In this document: piece by piece, positions 1-11,964 of the stretch
How positions within the stretch are numbered: the stretch's first letter is position 1
Layout: each line of letters begins with the position of its first letter
Source of the DNA: Klebsormidium nitens
Lineage: Eukaryota > Plantae > Klebsormidiophyceae
Assembly (NCBI GenBank): GCA_000708835.1
Contig: DF237085.1
Coordinates: forward strand, 138,872 to 178,454
DNA length: 39,583 nucleotides
Direction: 5' to 3'
Program-made: the position numbers and the translations under genes
The notes under the pieces: generated by a model
Told to the model about the DNA's origin: nothing
What the model saw: only the letters and a program-made list of their open reading frames with translations
Database searches by the model: none

Positions 1-851
1 CCCCTAAGTACTAGCCCAGCTCTTTGAACAGCCGGCGAAGTTTGAGTGAGCATGGCGCTAAACCCATCTAAACCCCGTCTGCAGTGACTCCGCGGCCGCG
101 GAGCCGGGCCCGGCCGCGTCGGATATCTATTGATCATGCAGCTACGGTATATTTGCTGTTAAATGCACTAATAAATCAATAGTGACGCGATGATCGTTGA
201 GTGCATGGCGCAGCGCGCTGCCGTGCGCAATGCGATCGGCCGAAAATTGATCGAGCCTCGAAACCGTTAGGGCGCTCAACCGACATAGCTTGAAAGCCGC
301 CGCCGCCGCATGCACTGCCGTCGCATATATATGGCCGGCACATTGATTCGTGTCGACAGTCCCGATTGCAAATTTGCAAGACAAAATAGATGTGCCACCA
401 TTTTCGTATTGCCATGCGAAGTATTTCGGGATTCGGCTGTATATAACGCCAGTTTGTTGAAGGTTGGCTAACTTCTAGCAACAACGCGTAGATGAATGAA
501 TTTGATCTTTCTTGGCAGCCGCGCGATCTGATCAGACCCGACTCGGCCGTTCCTTCAGATATTTGATTCGAGCCTTATACGCGTAGCGATCGTGAACCTA
601 TGTATGAGCTTGTACAACGTTGACTCAGCTGAAGATCGACGGATGTGAGCCTTCCACGCCATGTTATCATGTCAATTTCAATGGTCAGCAGTGTTACTCA
701 ATTAAAGCAGCCTGATCTGGATGTACGTGCACATCCACTCCATGGGACGGCAATGTTTGGTTAGCAAGCGTCTCTATTTGAACCACTCTGACTGGAAACA
801 AAACTTCATTCTGGAGTTGCCGTGTGTCAGTCAGGACTGTCTCGACGGTGC

Positions 852-3800
852 TCAATGACTTGGGAGATGGCAGATTAAGCGGCAACCCCCTCGGGATCCA
901 GACCTTTGCACCGCCGCCTCCACCTGATCCACCGAGAGCCCCTCTTCATACAGCGCCGAATAGAAAGACGCGAGCAATTCCTCCAAAACGCTATCTCCAG
1001 GTCGATCAAAATCTGTGCTGTACAGAAAGTCCGTTTCACTCCGTTGCTTCCCCTTGGAAGCTGGCGTCGGCGCTTGATCAACGGCCGGTGTGAATACGCT
1101 CCGGACGACTGGCGTTATGGCGCTACCCCATGAATTGGAAGCGTCCGTGGTCGCTTCTCCGGACGCCATGCCATTGCCGTCCAAGTCGGCCGGCCCCCCG
1201 TCCGAAAGCGCCAGCTCGAACACCGCTTTGGCGCCTCCGTCAAGGAGAGCCTCAATAACCGGCTGGGTTAGCGCGAACCGGCTGCTGACCACGATCCGGT
1301 CGCGCCAGACGCCGACCATCTTACGGACGTCGTCCGCAGTCAAGAAGGCGGAAGGAACTGTCCGGCGGAATACGAACGCCCCGACCTCTTCTCCCCCGGG
1401 CAGTAACTGCGCAGAACAAGGGACATACTCTTGGCGACGAAACGGGCCGATGAGTTGCTCGATGGCGAACAGGTGGATTGCAAGCAGCGAGTGTCAAAAT
1501 TGCTCTGGCAAATTGGACGAGATGACCAAGGGAAAAAGGCGTCCAGTACAGAGAGACAAAGCCGCGACGGAGCAAGTTTCCAAACGTGAGTCTATCGATA
1601 CAAAACCTTTCCACTCGTCGCAACGACAAAGGCGCCGGCTTGTCCCGCACCGATTGCGGCAGTGCTTCGTTGGCAGGGGGTAATGTATGCAGGAAAGTCG
1701 CTTTCAACCTCTATGCGAGACTGCAATAGCCTAACAAGGATTGCGATACAGTACTGCTACTTCTTCTGGAGATCGTATTTGATACATATCCACACTCTGC
1801 AGAGCAAACAACATGAACCTTCAGTCGTCTCACCTGCGTGTGGCGCCCGATCAGCGTGAGAACCGCTGCTCCGACGTCAAACTGCCGGTGACGTGCGCAC
1901 AGCTCCGCGACACTCCCATAGCGCATCCCCCCAGATAAGCTTCCCAGAAAGGCACGTGCCTCCTCCCCGGGCTCCGCTACGGCGACCACATCGCTCTGCC
2001 AGCCCACAACGAGGCCCCGTTGGTCGCCGCTCAGCGCCAGATGCACCACCCCGACCGAGCGCGCGGTTTGCAGGCGCTCGTACAGGGCCTGCGCCGGGAA
2101 GCCTAGAGCTTCCTCCGGCTCCGAGGGCGCTTCCCCGTCCCTGCTTTCCCGGTTGACGTTCACGCGGGCGAGGCCGGCCCCGGGGCTCGGCGGTCGCGCC
2201 GTAGAGAGCTTCGTGAGCGAGTTGGACCGTGAGATTGGTTTCACTGGGGTTGGCAGCGACGGGGAGGAAAGCGGGCGGGTTAACACTGCAGGTTTGGCAG
2301 GTTTTATCCCCGTGTGAATGCGGCCGTCAAAGACGTCCCGACTGATCTTATTCTGCTCGCAGACCGCATCGATCAGCGGGCGGTGCGAGGCGCTGTGGTG
2401 CAGCAACGACGCGCCGTCAGCCCAAACCCCAAACCCCTCAGCGGCCGCGGGTCCGGGGGCCGCTTCGACGAACAGCAAACCCTTCCGCAGGCCGAGAGCG
2501 ACCGCGGCCGCAGACCGCTTGGAAACCTCCAAACCCCTTGGGGGCGCGGCTGCGTCTTGCGTTCTCGGAGCCCCGGCCGGTCTTTCACTTGTCACGTTTC
2601 CTTGATCCAACTTGCTCCTGTTGGCAATTGTCTTGGAGGCGCCAGACTCGGGCACTTCGTTTACGGGAACCAGTTCGAGCGGAGCGCCTCTCTCGACTTG
2701 CCACGTGGCACTGGGAGCGCCTCCGTCGGCCTGCCACGTGGCAGTCGGGTTCAGGTCGATCGCGTCTTGCGTGACGCTTTCCACCCTCGGTTCCACCGGC
2801 ACCTCGTCGCCCGCATCCAGCCCCCCGAAAGCAAAGCTCTGGCTGAAGGAAAACCCTCGGTCTAGTTCTCGCCCGCCTAACGCGTCAACACTCTCTTCCA
2901 GCCTCCCTGCATTCCTGGACTTTGAATGTACAATTTTTCGCCGCAATCCGCTCAGGTCAGCAAAATCATCATCACCGTTTTCCTCTTCGCTCTCGCTTTC
3001 CTGGCTTCTCCCTTCCGTCTGACTTTCTTCCGTCACCCCACCCCCGTTTTCTCCCGTACCACCTCCATTTTCTTTCCCCACTTTCCCACCAGTCCCCTTG
3101 CCCACCGAGCGCTCGCGCAGCCGCAGCAATGGCGCGTCCGCATCCTCGTCCAACGTCCCGGTTTCGGCGACTGACGTCACACCTACGGACGCTGGTTTCT
3201 CAGCTCCGGTCGCCGACGTCGCCCTTTCGGACGCTGGGTTCCCGGTTTCGGGCGCTGATGTCACGCTTCCGGACGCTGGGTTTCTGCTTTCGGACGCCGG
3301 CTTCGTGCTTTCGGACGCCACGGTCGCGCGTTCGGACGGCTCCGGGAGGTCGGACGTGAGACGCGCGCACAGAGCGGCGAATCGCGCGTCGTGCAGGTCG
3401 ACGTAGTCCTGCGTGGCGGCCTCCAGGCGGGCCCACTGCGCGGGGTCCGTCTCGTCCAGCTCCATCGCGCCGCTCTCGTCCACTGCAAATCAAAGCGATT
3501 AATCTCCCTCCCGCAGCATCGATTCTCATCTGATTCTACGTGCAAACAACCATGCGAACACATACCGGGCGCTGGCAAATTGAAATCCTTTTTGCGGCAG
3601 CCGAACTTTTAGCCTGGTTCCGGCTGGTCCCCCGGGCTTGAAGTAGCGGAGACAGGAAGTAAGCTGCGAGCTGTTTGTGGGCTCGAGACTGTTGCTTTAT
3701 TTTTGATTTCTTGATTTTGCTCTGCTTTATCAGCTTATGGGCTTCTTCATTCTCGTCTTACCATTTCTCACCCCAGTTGACCGGGGATAAAATCTGACGT

Positions 3801-6800
3801 GTACGAACCGGCACCAGAAACTCAGGCGGACTCTAGTCTTACTCCGACACAGACAAAACCTTCTCGAATCCGAACCCCACACGGTTAACCCCGAAACTCA
3901 CCCGGGTTAAACCTGACGTACTCCAGGTTAGGCACCAGCGGCGCGAGCGTGTCCATCGCTTCCTCCACTCGCTCGACGCTGCACGCGCTCTCGATCAACA
4001 CGCTCCCCGTGTCCACGTGCTTCCAGTTCTTGCCACGTGGCTTCGTGGGAAGGCTCGCGCACCCGAGCGACACGACCGTGTCGATCTGGACGTCCGGCCA
4101 GAGGAGCCGCGCCTCGCGGACGGCGATGATGGCCGGGTTGTTGGCAGTCACCGCGCCGTCTTGCCACCGGTTGTTGCCTGGAAAAAGGGGGTAGGGGTCG
4201 GAAATTACTTCCAAGTTTCGGGGTAACAAAATTTCTGCAGCTTAGCTTAAAAAGACCACGACCTCCTGCCACCGGTGTTTGTCCCGAAAACGGGGGGTAC
4301 GAAGATTACTTTCAAACCTGTTGATATCAAGCAATCGAACTTACGAGATACCGTGACCGCGCCACCGCATCCTGCCACCGACTGTTACTTAAAAACGGCA
4401 GCTAGGGTTCCGGGACGCGGGAAAGAGTGTTTCAATAGGTCATCTTGCTTGCCAGGTGAATTCTACTTTTTCCCTGCGCGGGGCCAGAATAGTGCAAGGA
4501 AGAGTTCTTGGAGGATTCATTTCGACCCCGCTTAGAAGGGCGCATGCGATGGATCCTCGAGGTACCACCACTTTCGGGACTTACCGCAGCAGGCCGTGCA
4601 GCACCTGCCAAATGTTTTGTCCTACAAGTTCGAGATTGAACAATTCGGCGGGGTCCCGTCAAGGCAGCCACCAAAATTCGCTGACATCGTCCCTGTTCCC
4701 TCACCGTCCGAAAAGTCGTCCAGATAGTAGGGCGCCGCCGAGCTGGCCCGGATCGCCTGCCACACCAGATGCTTGCACGAGCCCATGTACGCCACGTGGC
4801 CCATCCCGACACGCGACTGGACAGGTGTCGGCGCGGGAGTGGCCGCCAGGCCGCCGCCCCCCCCGCCGCCAAAAGCGGGTTGCCCCGGGTTGATTTGCGG
4901 AGAGAGGGGCGTTACGGGGGCGGCCCAGGGGGCAGATTCTCTCGTTCCGGGGGGATACTGGTAGTTGCGGAAGACGAAGGGCTGCGCGGGGGTGACGCTG
5001 ACGAGCGTGGAGACGACGGAGACCTTGGGGCCGCCCTGAATGGGGAAAAGAAATGAATTTTTCAAAACTTTGGTGAATCTTGCCGGGGACTTTCGACGTG
5101 TGTTGAGGGGTAGGGCAGCTGTACCGGAGTATGAACGGTCTGGTGACTCAAGCTGTAGCAGTTCGTACACCTCAAAACGTTCGCGTACAATTCCCCGGGA
5201 ACCCTGATAGATGCAATGCTACTTTCCCCTTCAGAACAATCAACAAGCAGCAGCCCCATAACGAATCTGGTTATGCACACAGTAGGCCCGATTTCAAGCG
5301 GAGGAAGCATTTTCGGCGATCGACTTGTAACAGATAATGTGGCTTTATCATGCAATCGGCAATTTCGAATTAAGATCCTCGACTCAAAAAGATGATTATC
5401 TGGAAACTGGATGGGGAAAAGATCTCGGCCACAGCAATTTATACCACTCCTGTACTTACCCGTCCTGCCGTCTCAATCAGCAGGTTCCGCCCGTCCTCGA
5501 ACGCCGACATCTCCTGTAGCAGCCCCTCGAACTGCGTTGCGTCGTGCTTCGCGCCGTGGATGACCACACGCAGGTTCTGCGCGCCGCTCTTGTACATCAG
5601 GTCCAGCTTCTCGCGCCACGTGGCAAAGCTAGCGGCGTCCTTTTCCTTGTCTTTGTCGTCGGCGGCAAACACGATTTTGCCCAGCCGCTTGTAGATGCCC
5701 TCGCACTCGTCCAGGCTCATCTCCTTGACACCGAGCGCGACGGCGAGCATGGCGCCCCTGACAAGGAGACAAGATGGTGTCAATGTTGAAGTTGAGAAGC
5801 GGCTAGGGTGGCGCCCCGCGCCCCTAAAACGGAGAGAGTCGGTGTCGATGTCGAACGAAAATTGTAGATGCTCTCGCACTCGTCCAGGCTCATCCCCTTG
5901 GCACCGAGCGCGACGGCCGGCATGGCGCCTCTGGAAATGATCGGAAAGTAGTGTCAATGTTAGAAAAAAGCCGCTTGTAGGCGCCCTCGCACTCGTCCAG
6001 GCTCATCTCCTTTTGACACTCGGCGCAACGGCCAGCATGGCGCCTCTGGTAAGGAGAAAGACGGTTTTAAAGATTACCCAAAAGCGACTTGTGAATGCTC
6101 TCGCACTCGTCCGGGCACATGTTGCGAGAGTTCCTCAGAGGGAGCTCGTTCGCTTCATCTTTGACGAAGCAAAGAACCGATCCACCCTTTACTAAGCGCA
6201 TCCTGCTAAGCAACCGAAACTTGGAGTTATTGGCGAGCGAAGAAGCCAGGATTCTGATAACGCACGTCGATGTCCCGCATATGAGGTCGAACAGCTCGTG
6301 GATCCGCCGCCCCGTCCCTTTCTCAAGCCGCCGCAGCATGCGCACTGTTGCCACCCCCCGCATCCCCCCCCCATCCAGGCTGAGGATCTTTACCCCCCGG
6401 GAGCCGAGCGGCCGCCGCCCGGTGGACTTTCTCACCAGCTCGTTCTCGCCCATGATCGCAAGCGCGCGCACCGCGCTTGCGCGCACGCGCGCCGCGCTCC
6501 CGTGCGCTGACGTTTTTGGCGCGCCTGTGAAGTCGCGGAACGCCGGGGGGGACGAGAAGGGGGATCCCTCCGGAGGCGACGGTTGTTCCCCGGGTTTGTG
6601 CGAGGGTTCTGAGGAACTATGGGAGAGTTTTGCGCTCTTCATATTTGTCAGGTCTGGGGAGGATTTGGGCCGACCTAGGACCGGTTTCTGAGAGGGTTTC
6701 GGGTGGTTTTGGGAAGGGTTCGGCGCGTCTTCGGCGGGTTCAGTTAGGGCAATTTTGGCGAGGAGGGAGCGGAGGCCCTGTGCGGAGGCCATTGCGCGGC

Positions 6801-9800
6801 GATTGCTGGGGGAGAAGGCGAGGTTGCCCAGCACTAACAAGGCCTCCTCGCGGACCTTGAGCGCATTCTCACTGCCGCACAGCTCCTTGAGGCGGTGCAG
6901 CATGTCGGGTGTGAATAGGCGCGCGGCGATGGAGTTGGAGCAGAAGGCGACGCTGGCCAGGACTTGGAGGACGGACACCTGGCACGTCAGGGGAGAGTCA
7001 CGTGGCGGCTTCGCCAAAAACTGTGCTTCTCGGTCTGGTACAACTTGAGTCCACTTGTGATCCATCCAATCTTCTCGAAAGCATAAACTTAGGATGACGA
7101 AGCCGGAGTTTTTCACCACTCTTGCTTCTTAGAAAAGGGACTTCTGGGCAATCAGCAGTTTACATTTTTCGCAGACACGAGAATAAAAACCGGCGGACAG
7201 TGAGTACGGCAATCTGGCGCCCATTTCCAACAAGGCTGGCGCAAGCACAAAGTCTGCAGCTCAAAAATTCTTCTGCCACCTCAAAAAAGAACCTACTAAA
7301 GCGGTCGATCTACGTCCACGAAAGTTGGCGGATCGTTTAGATGAGATGCTGTGGATGTAGATTATCCCGTTCTTTCAAGCACACTGTCAGCTTCAAGTGC
7401 ATCGACGGCTCGTCAATTCAGCTCAACTCAACCATTTGCACTCGGGAACAAGGTATATCACAAAAGGGTCACGCGCCCCGTCGGGAGGCCCCCCGCCAAT
7501 CTCAAAATGCCCACCAAAACCACCCACCTGGATTTCCGGCTCCGTCGAGCCGAGCACCGCCCAGATACTCTGCAGCACGTCCGCCTTCACCAGCCGCGCA
7601 ACTAGAGTGGCGTCCATCGCGATGCACGAGAGCGCCTTGCACGCTTGCTGGACCACGTGGGTGTCGTCACTCAGCACCATCGAGAGGAGTTGGCGGATCG
7701 CGCCCTCGTCGCGCCCGATGTAGGCCCTGTTCTCGCCGTCCTCAGCGATGCGCGCCAGGGCGGAGGCCAGGAGCGGGTGCTGCAGGGGGGGAGACGGGGC
7801 CTTCAAAACGGCTCCAATTGAGAGCTTTTGAGCCCTTCCAAACGTGATGTCACGGAACGGTCGTATAATCTGGAATTCCTCTTACCTTCCCGCGATGATC
7901 TTTTGCAAGTAAAATCCTTGCCTCTTCATTTTGTTCAGGCGGTACAGAAGATAAGCGAATCGAGCAAGTAGCCTGCTCTACAGGCCCGGAAATTGAGAAG
8001 TGTTTCCAAGCTTGTTCTTACTCTGGGAAACGGAGTTCCTCAGGCCTTTTGTTTCCCCTTTGAGTGCACTATCGAAGAAAAGTTGGGGTCGATGAGATCC
8101 AGAATGAACACCGCAACGAACATTTAAGGAAGACCTTTCATCATCAGTTCGCCCGTTCCGCCCGTTCCTCCCGTTCCGCCCTCACCTGGCACGACGAGTA
8201 CCGGAAGATCAGCTGGAAGAACGTGCTCAGCCGGTGCTTCGCCCCGCCAAAGTAGTACGACGTGGCGCCCGCGTCGTCCTCCACGTGGACCTCCACTGAC
8301 GTCAGCTCCGCGTCACCCTCGATCCGCACGTTCGCAAGCGACACCTGGCGCAGCTTGCGGCACGGCAGAATCTCGGGAAGGAACTCTAGAGGGTTCCCGA
8401 AAAGCCGGAGGGTTTGGAGGGTCCGCGCCATGGAGCGGAAGTCGAGGAGCGGCCGGACGAGGCGGTTGTGCTCCAGGGAGAGCTCCGACAGAGACGTGCA
8501 CTCGCGAAGTTCGACTGCAGGAGAGACGAGAAACTGTACATTGAGATTGAGTTGGGTTTTCGCCAATCCTCTCGCGGAAACTAACGGCAGGGAATAGAGG
8601 GCTTGTGGAGTGGGAGAGAGATCGCATCACCACTGAGGGGGGAGAAATGAGGCGGTGTGACAGCCAAAAAAGGTTGAGCTCTTTCAGCGGTCCCGGAGCA
8701 AGGTGCTGGATTCGCGTCGTCGACTCCTCCGGACGAGGGGGATGAGCTTTTCGACCGGTTGAGTTGTTTGTGGCGCAAGATTTGCTTAGAGTTTGGAACG
8801 GCGTGCTTTTCGACCGTCCACCCTTTCGATTGAGACTTTGTCTCCTGTGAGAGATTGAAGATACGGGTGGCCACAAGTGGGCACTTGATAGGCTGACAAA
8901 ATGTCCGCCGGCCCATCCGCTTTCGAGCGAGTCTCAGAAGATTCATGCAATGTAAGATTACAATGGCGTGAAGAAGGCGGAGTACAAACAATTACACGCA
9001 TAGACGACGGGGCTCTCGAGAGCCCGTTGCTGAAGTACCATGCCGCAATCAGGATTTGAGGACAAAGACCTCAGAGAATACATTCCGGAGGGCAGAGTTG
9101 GTATTTAAACGGCTCGAAACCAATATCGTATCCGATGCAATTAGAGCCCGAGTATTGCGAGTAGCAACCACTCACTTGGCACTGAGAGCAGCAAGTTGTG
9201 GTCCATGCTCAGCTTCCGCAGTGACGTCAGCTTGCCGAGGTCCGCCGGGGGCGCCACCAGCTTGTTGTTATCCAGAAGCAACACCTCCAGAGACGGCAGC
9301 TGTGCGATGCCCGGGGGGACAACCTGCAGTGAATGACGTCACGACTAGGGTCGAGGATCGGACCGATACCGGCAGAAAGGCTTTAGGTTTTGAGTCCCAG
9401 CATTTGCGCTTGGCGACAACGACGCTCGATCCGGGGTGCTTCTGTGTATTTTCCGGGCTTCAAATACTTTCTTCTCGAAACCACTCTCACAAGCTCTACA
9501 CGTCCAGTCACACGGCAAGCATGGACTACGACGTTCCTGACTGCCTTCCTTTGTCGCCAACATGGTTGCAGTACCGGACAAATCAAACTTGGGGCAGGCT
9601 ATTGTCGATTCCGTCAGCAGAGAACAGAGCCGTGAGCCCTTCGAGCTCCAATGAACGCCCGCAAAACCGACCCTCACGAAGTGTAGCAGCTGTTTCGTAG
9701 GGTCTTCCAACTTTCGATTTGAGGGACAAACCACGACAAAGCTCAAGCACGCAGGGCCCCTCCGAGACTAAGGATCGCTGTGGCTTCCGACTTCCATTGG

Positions 9801-11964
9801 TTGCATTATCAGCAGCACGAAAGAAAACGGAGAAAAGGAAGAAAACGGAGAAAATGCTGCCAGAGAAAGCGGACGTACCGACAGGTTGCACCCGCTCAGG
9901 TTCAGCGTCCGGAGACCGGCCCATGCGTCGGCCCCCCGCTTTTCCCAGAACCCGAGCACTCCCTCCGTAAGCGCCAAATGCTCCACGCCCGGGATCTCGC
10001 TTTCTTCCACGATCTTATTCAGCACCCCGACTCCCTCCCCTGAAGGCCCACTTCCAGCCGTTCTTGACACCAAAATCACCCGCAACCGCTCGGAGCGTTT
10101 TTTCACGACGGTGCGAACGGGCACCTTTCCGGCGCTTGACACCACCCCTGGCGCCGCAGGCACGCTGGGGGTTGGAACAAGGGATGCGGTGTCAATGGTT
10201 GGTGGAAACGAGTGGGGTGCGTCCTCGAACGTCTCGCTGTCGCTGTGCGCATCGTCGTGTAGCTTTAGTCTCTCATGGGAAGCCGTTCGCAATCCGAAGC
10301 CTCTAACCGAACCGTCCGGTTTCTCGTCGGGCCCCTTACTGACAGTGCCTACATGAGGCCCGTCTGAGGAGGCTGCTGACGGGCCTCTGACGTCAGCCAA
10401 GGGTGCCGGTGTGCTCGGTGCCGATTCTGCGTTGGGGTTCCTTCCCATAGACGCCGCGAGTCTGTCCAGAAAGCCCCAACTGCTAGAAGGGCTGACGTCT
10501 CCTGTTCTTGCGCTTCCGGGTGACTTGGCATCGGTCCCGTTCGGACCAGGGGGTTCGGAGGGCCCTGGGTTTTGGGGGGGGATTGTGGCCTCTGGGGTCG
10601 TTTGGGCGGCCTCGCTCTGAGGCACCATGCGAACCTGGACCTGTTCCTGTGGTAAAATGAAAGCATAATCGTTGAACCGTTTTGAAAAGAAAGGCAGACG
10701 CAAGAGTACAGACTCTTCAGACACTTCGTATCCACAAGATATCTGGACGGCTTATGATCAATATGATCTCTGATTGTAGGCCCCCTCTACTTCGTAAAGA
10801 ACTAGGTTCCCTTTATTGAAAGGAGATTGTGACTGGGAGTGGGACCGAGAGTCCTAGGTCGCAACTCATCCGGATTTCCATTCAGGATAACCATTTCTTG
10901 CTTCTTTGATCGAGTAACAAGTAAGGGAGAGTGTGAACGAGAAAGTAAGTTGAGCTTACAGGAGGGTCATCAGGACCAGCTCCCTACGTTGACTTGCAAG
11001 CAAGCCTGCAAGAGAGTCTCGACTCTGAACCTGGTCTCAATTCAGCGGAAAAGGCATATGAGCCAGAAATAAGATCGTCTGCAATATCTTAGAATGTAAG
11101 GCCATTATGTATTTATGGAGTTTGACAAACCAATCATCCACGAAAGCTGAGAAAACTTCCTTACATTCATTTGCTTGAGACTCTTCTCAATCTTTGCTCT
11201 CTTTATCAAGCCAACCATCCATGAAAGCTGAGAGAACTTCCTTACATTCATTTGCCAGAGACTCTTCTCAATCTTTGCGCTAAGTCAGTCTTCTCGATCA
11301 CGCCTCACTTGAAATCCCAAAATTGGTCCCCCCCAAGATTTTTGCCAGAACCATCGAAAATTAAGACCTTGCTGTGACATCAGAAACCAGATGACTTGAC
11401 CTTCGAAACCACTATCCTCACCGGATAACTTACTTTGGAAGCCCCATCGTCTAAACGACTCTTCTTTGACAGTCTTCATCAAGTGTGGTTTCTTGAAGGA
11501 TTGTGCACCACTTTCTTGCCAACCAATCTCCAAGGAGTGGCTTCAGGTTGGACAATCAAATCCAAGTAGAGCAAAGCAACCATAGAACTTCTGAGCACGT
11601 GCTTGTTCCACAACACTTAACATCTCCCAAGGTCTCCTTGCTCATTGTTCCACCACCCTTTTGCGCTTCACAAGGTCTCCTTGCTCACCTCTGGATATGG
11701 AAGCGCCATCATCAGCTGCGACTGCAGCTTCAGCACCACCCCCTCCTCGTCCTCCCCCGCCCCCCACTCTAGTTGCACCCTGATCTTGCACTCTGCTGCA
11801 GCGTCCGTCTTCTCCCCATCGGACCCGCTCTTCGAACTGTCCTCTATCCCGCTTGGCTGTGGGTCTGCCTGACCAGCTGGGTTGGGGCTTGGGTTTTTCC
11901 CGTAACCCAGCACCAGTTGGAAGGTGCCTGGCTGCCGGGTCCACCCAGGGAGGCTCCAAGACAT
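852..11964 (-). CDS. pPLAI: Patatin-related phospholipase A, pPLAI/AtPLAI type (LRR + ARM + patatin + C-terminal domain), about 1864 aa, 11 exons
   Basis: Exons (minus strand, gene order): 11964-11689, 10646-9879, 9323-9176, 8514-8186, 7779-7528, 6978-6266, 5757-5460, 5035-4705, 4177-3902, 3482-1834, 1406-852. All are GT-AG bounded with compatible phases, 5595 nt in total. The N-terminus MSWSLPGW...IRVQLEWGAGEDEEGVVLKLQSQLMMALP resembles plant pPLAI. Also present: LRRs (LEVLLLDNNKL, LSELSLEHNRLVRPLLDFR, LRLFGNPLEFLPEI), ARM region (HPLLASAL..., LLVLGNLAF), oxyanion DGGGMRG, lipase motif GTSTG (split by intron 6), catalytic Asp in WQDGAVTANNP, and C-terminal FRRTVPSAFLT...GVWRDRI. The 9323-9176 exon is absent from the ORF track and was found by hand translation. 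Confidence 0.9.
4160..4400 (-). repeat. Highly degenerate copies of the intron 8/exon 9 acceptor junction of pPLAI
   Basis: ttgccaccggttgttgcctggaaaaaggggg...attacttccaa (from about 4160) versus ctgccaccggtgtttgtcccgaaaacggggg...attactttcaa (from about 4266) and ctgccaccgactgttacttaaaaacgg (from about 4372). Confidence 0.65.
5701..6115 (-). repeat. Degenerate tandem copies of the intron 6/exon 7 acceptor junction of pPLAI
   Basis: tcgcactcgtcc starts at 5701 (exon), 5874, 5987 and 6101. The copies at 5874 and 5987 extend through catggcgcc and an AG (minus strand) at 5931-5933 and 6046-6048. Confidence 0.9.
11130..11278. repeat. 81-bp-period direct repeat (2 copies of about 68 bp) in pPLAI intron 1
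   Basis: ccaatcatccacgaaagctgagaaaacttccttacattcatttgc...ctcttctcaatctttgc at 11130-11197 and 11211-11278, with 5 mismatches. Confidence 0.92.

Noticed and set aside
58-77. ctaaacccatctaaacccc, a telomere-like repeat
   Set aside because: Only two imperfect units; not an interstitial telomeric array, and there is no support for a telomerase RNA template.
9010-9025. 16-bp palindrome gggctctcgagagccc in pPLAI intron 3
   Set aside because: Single isolated occurrence with no loop or flanking element features; no function can be supported.
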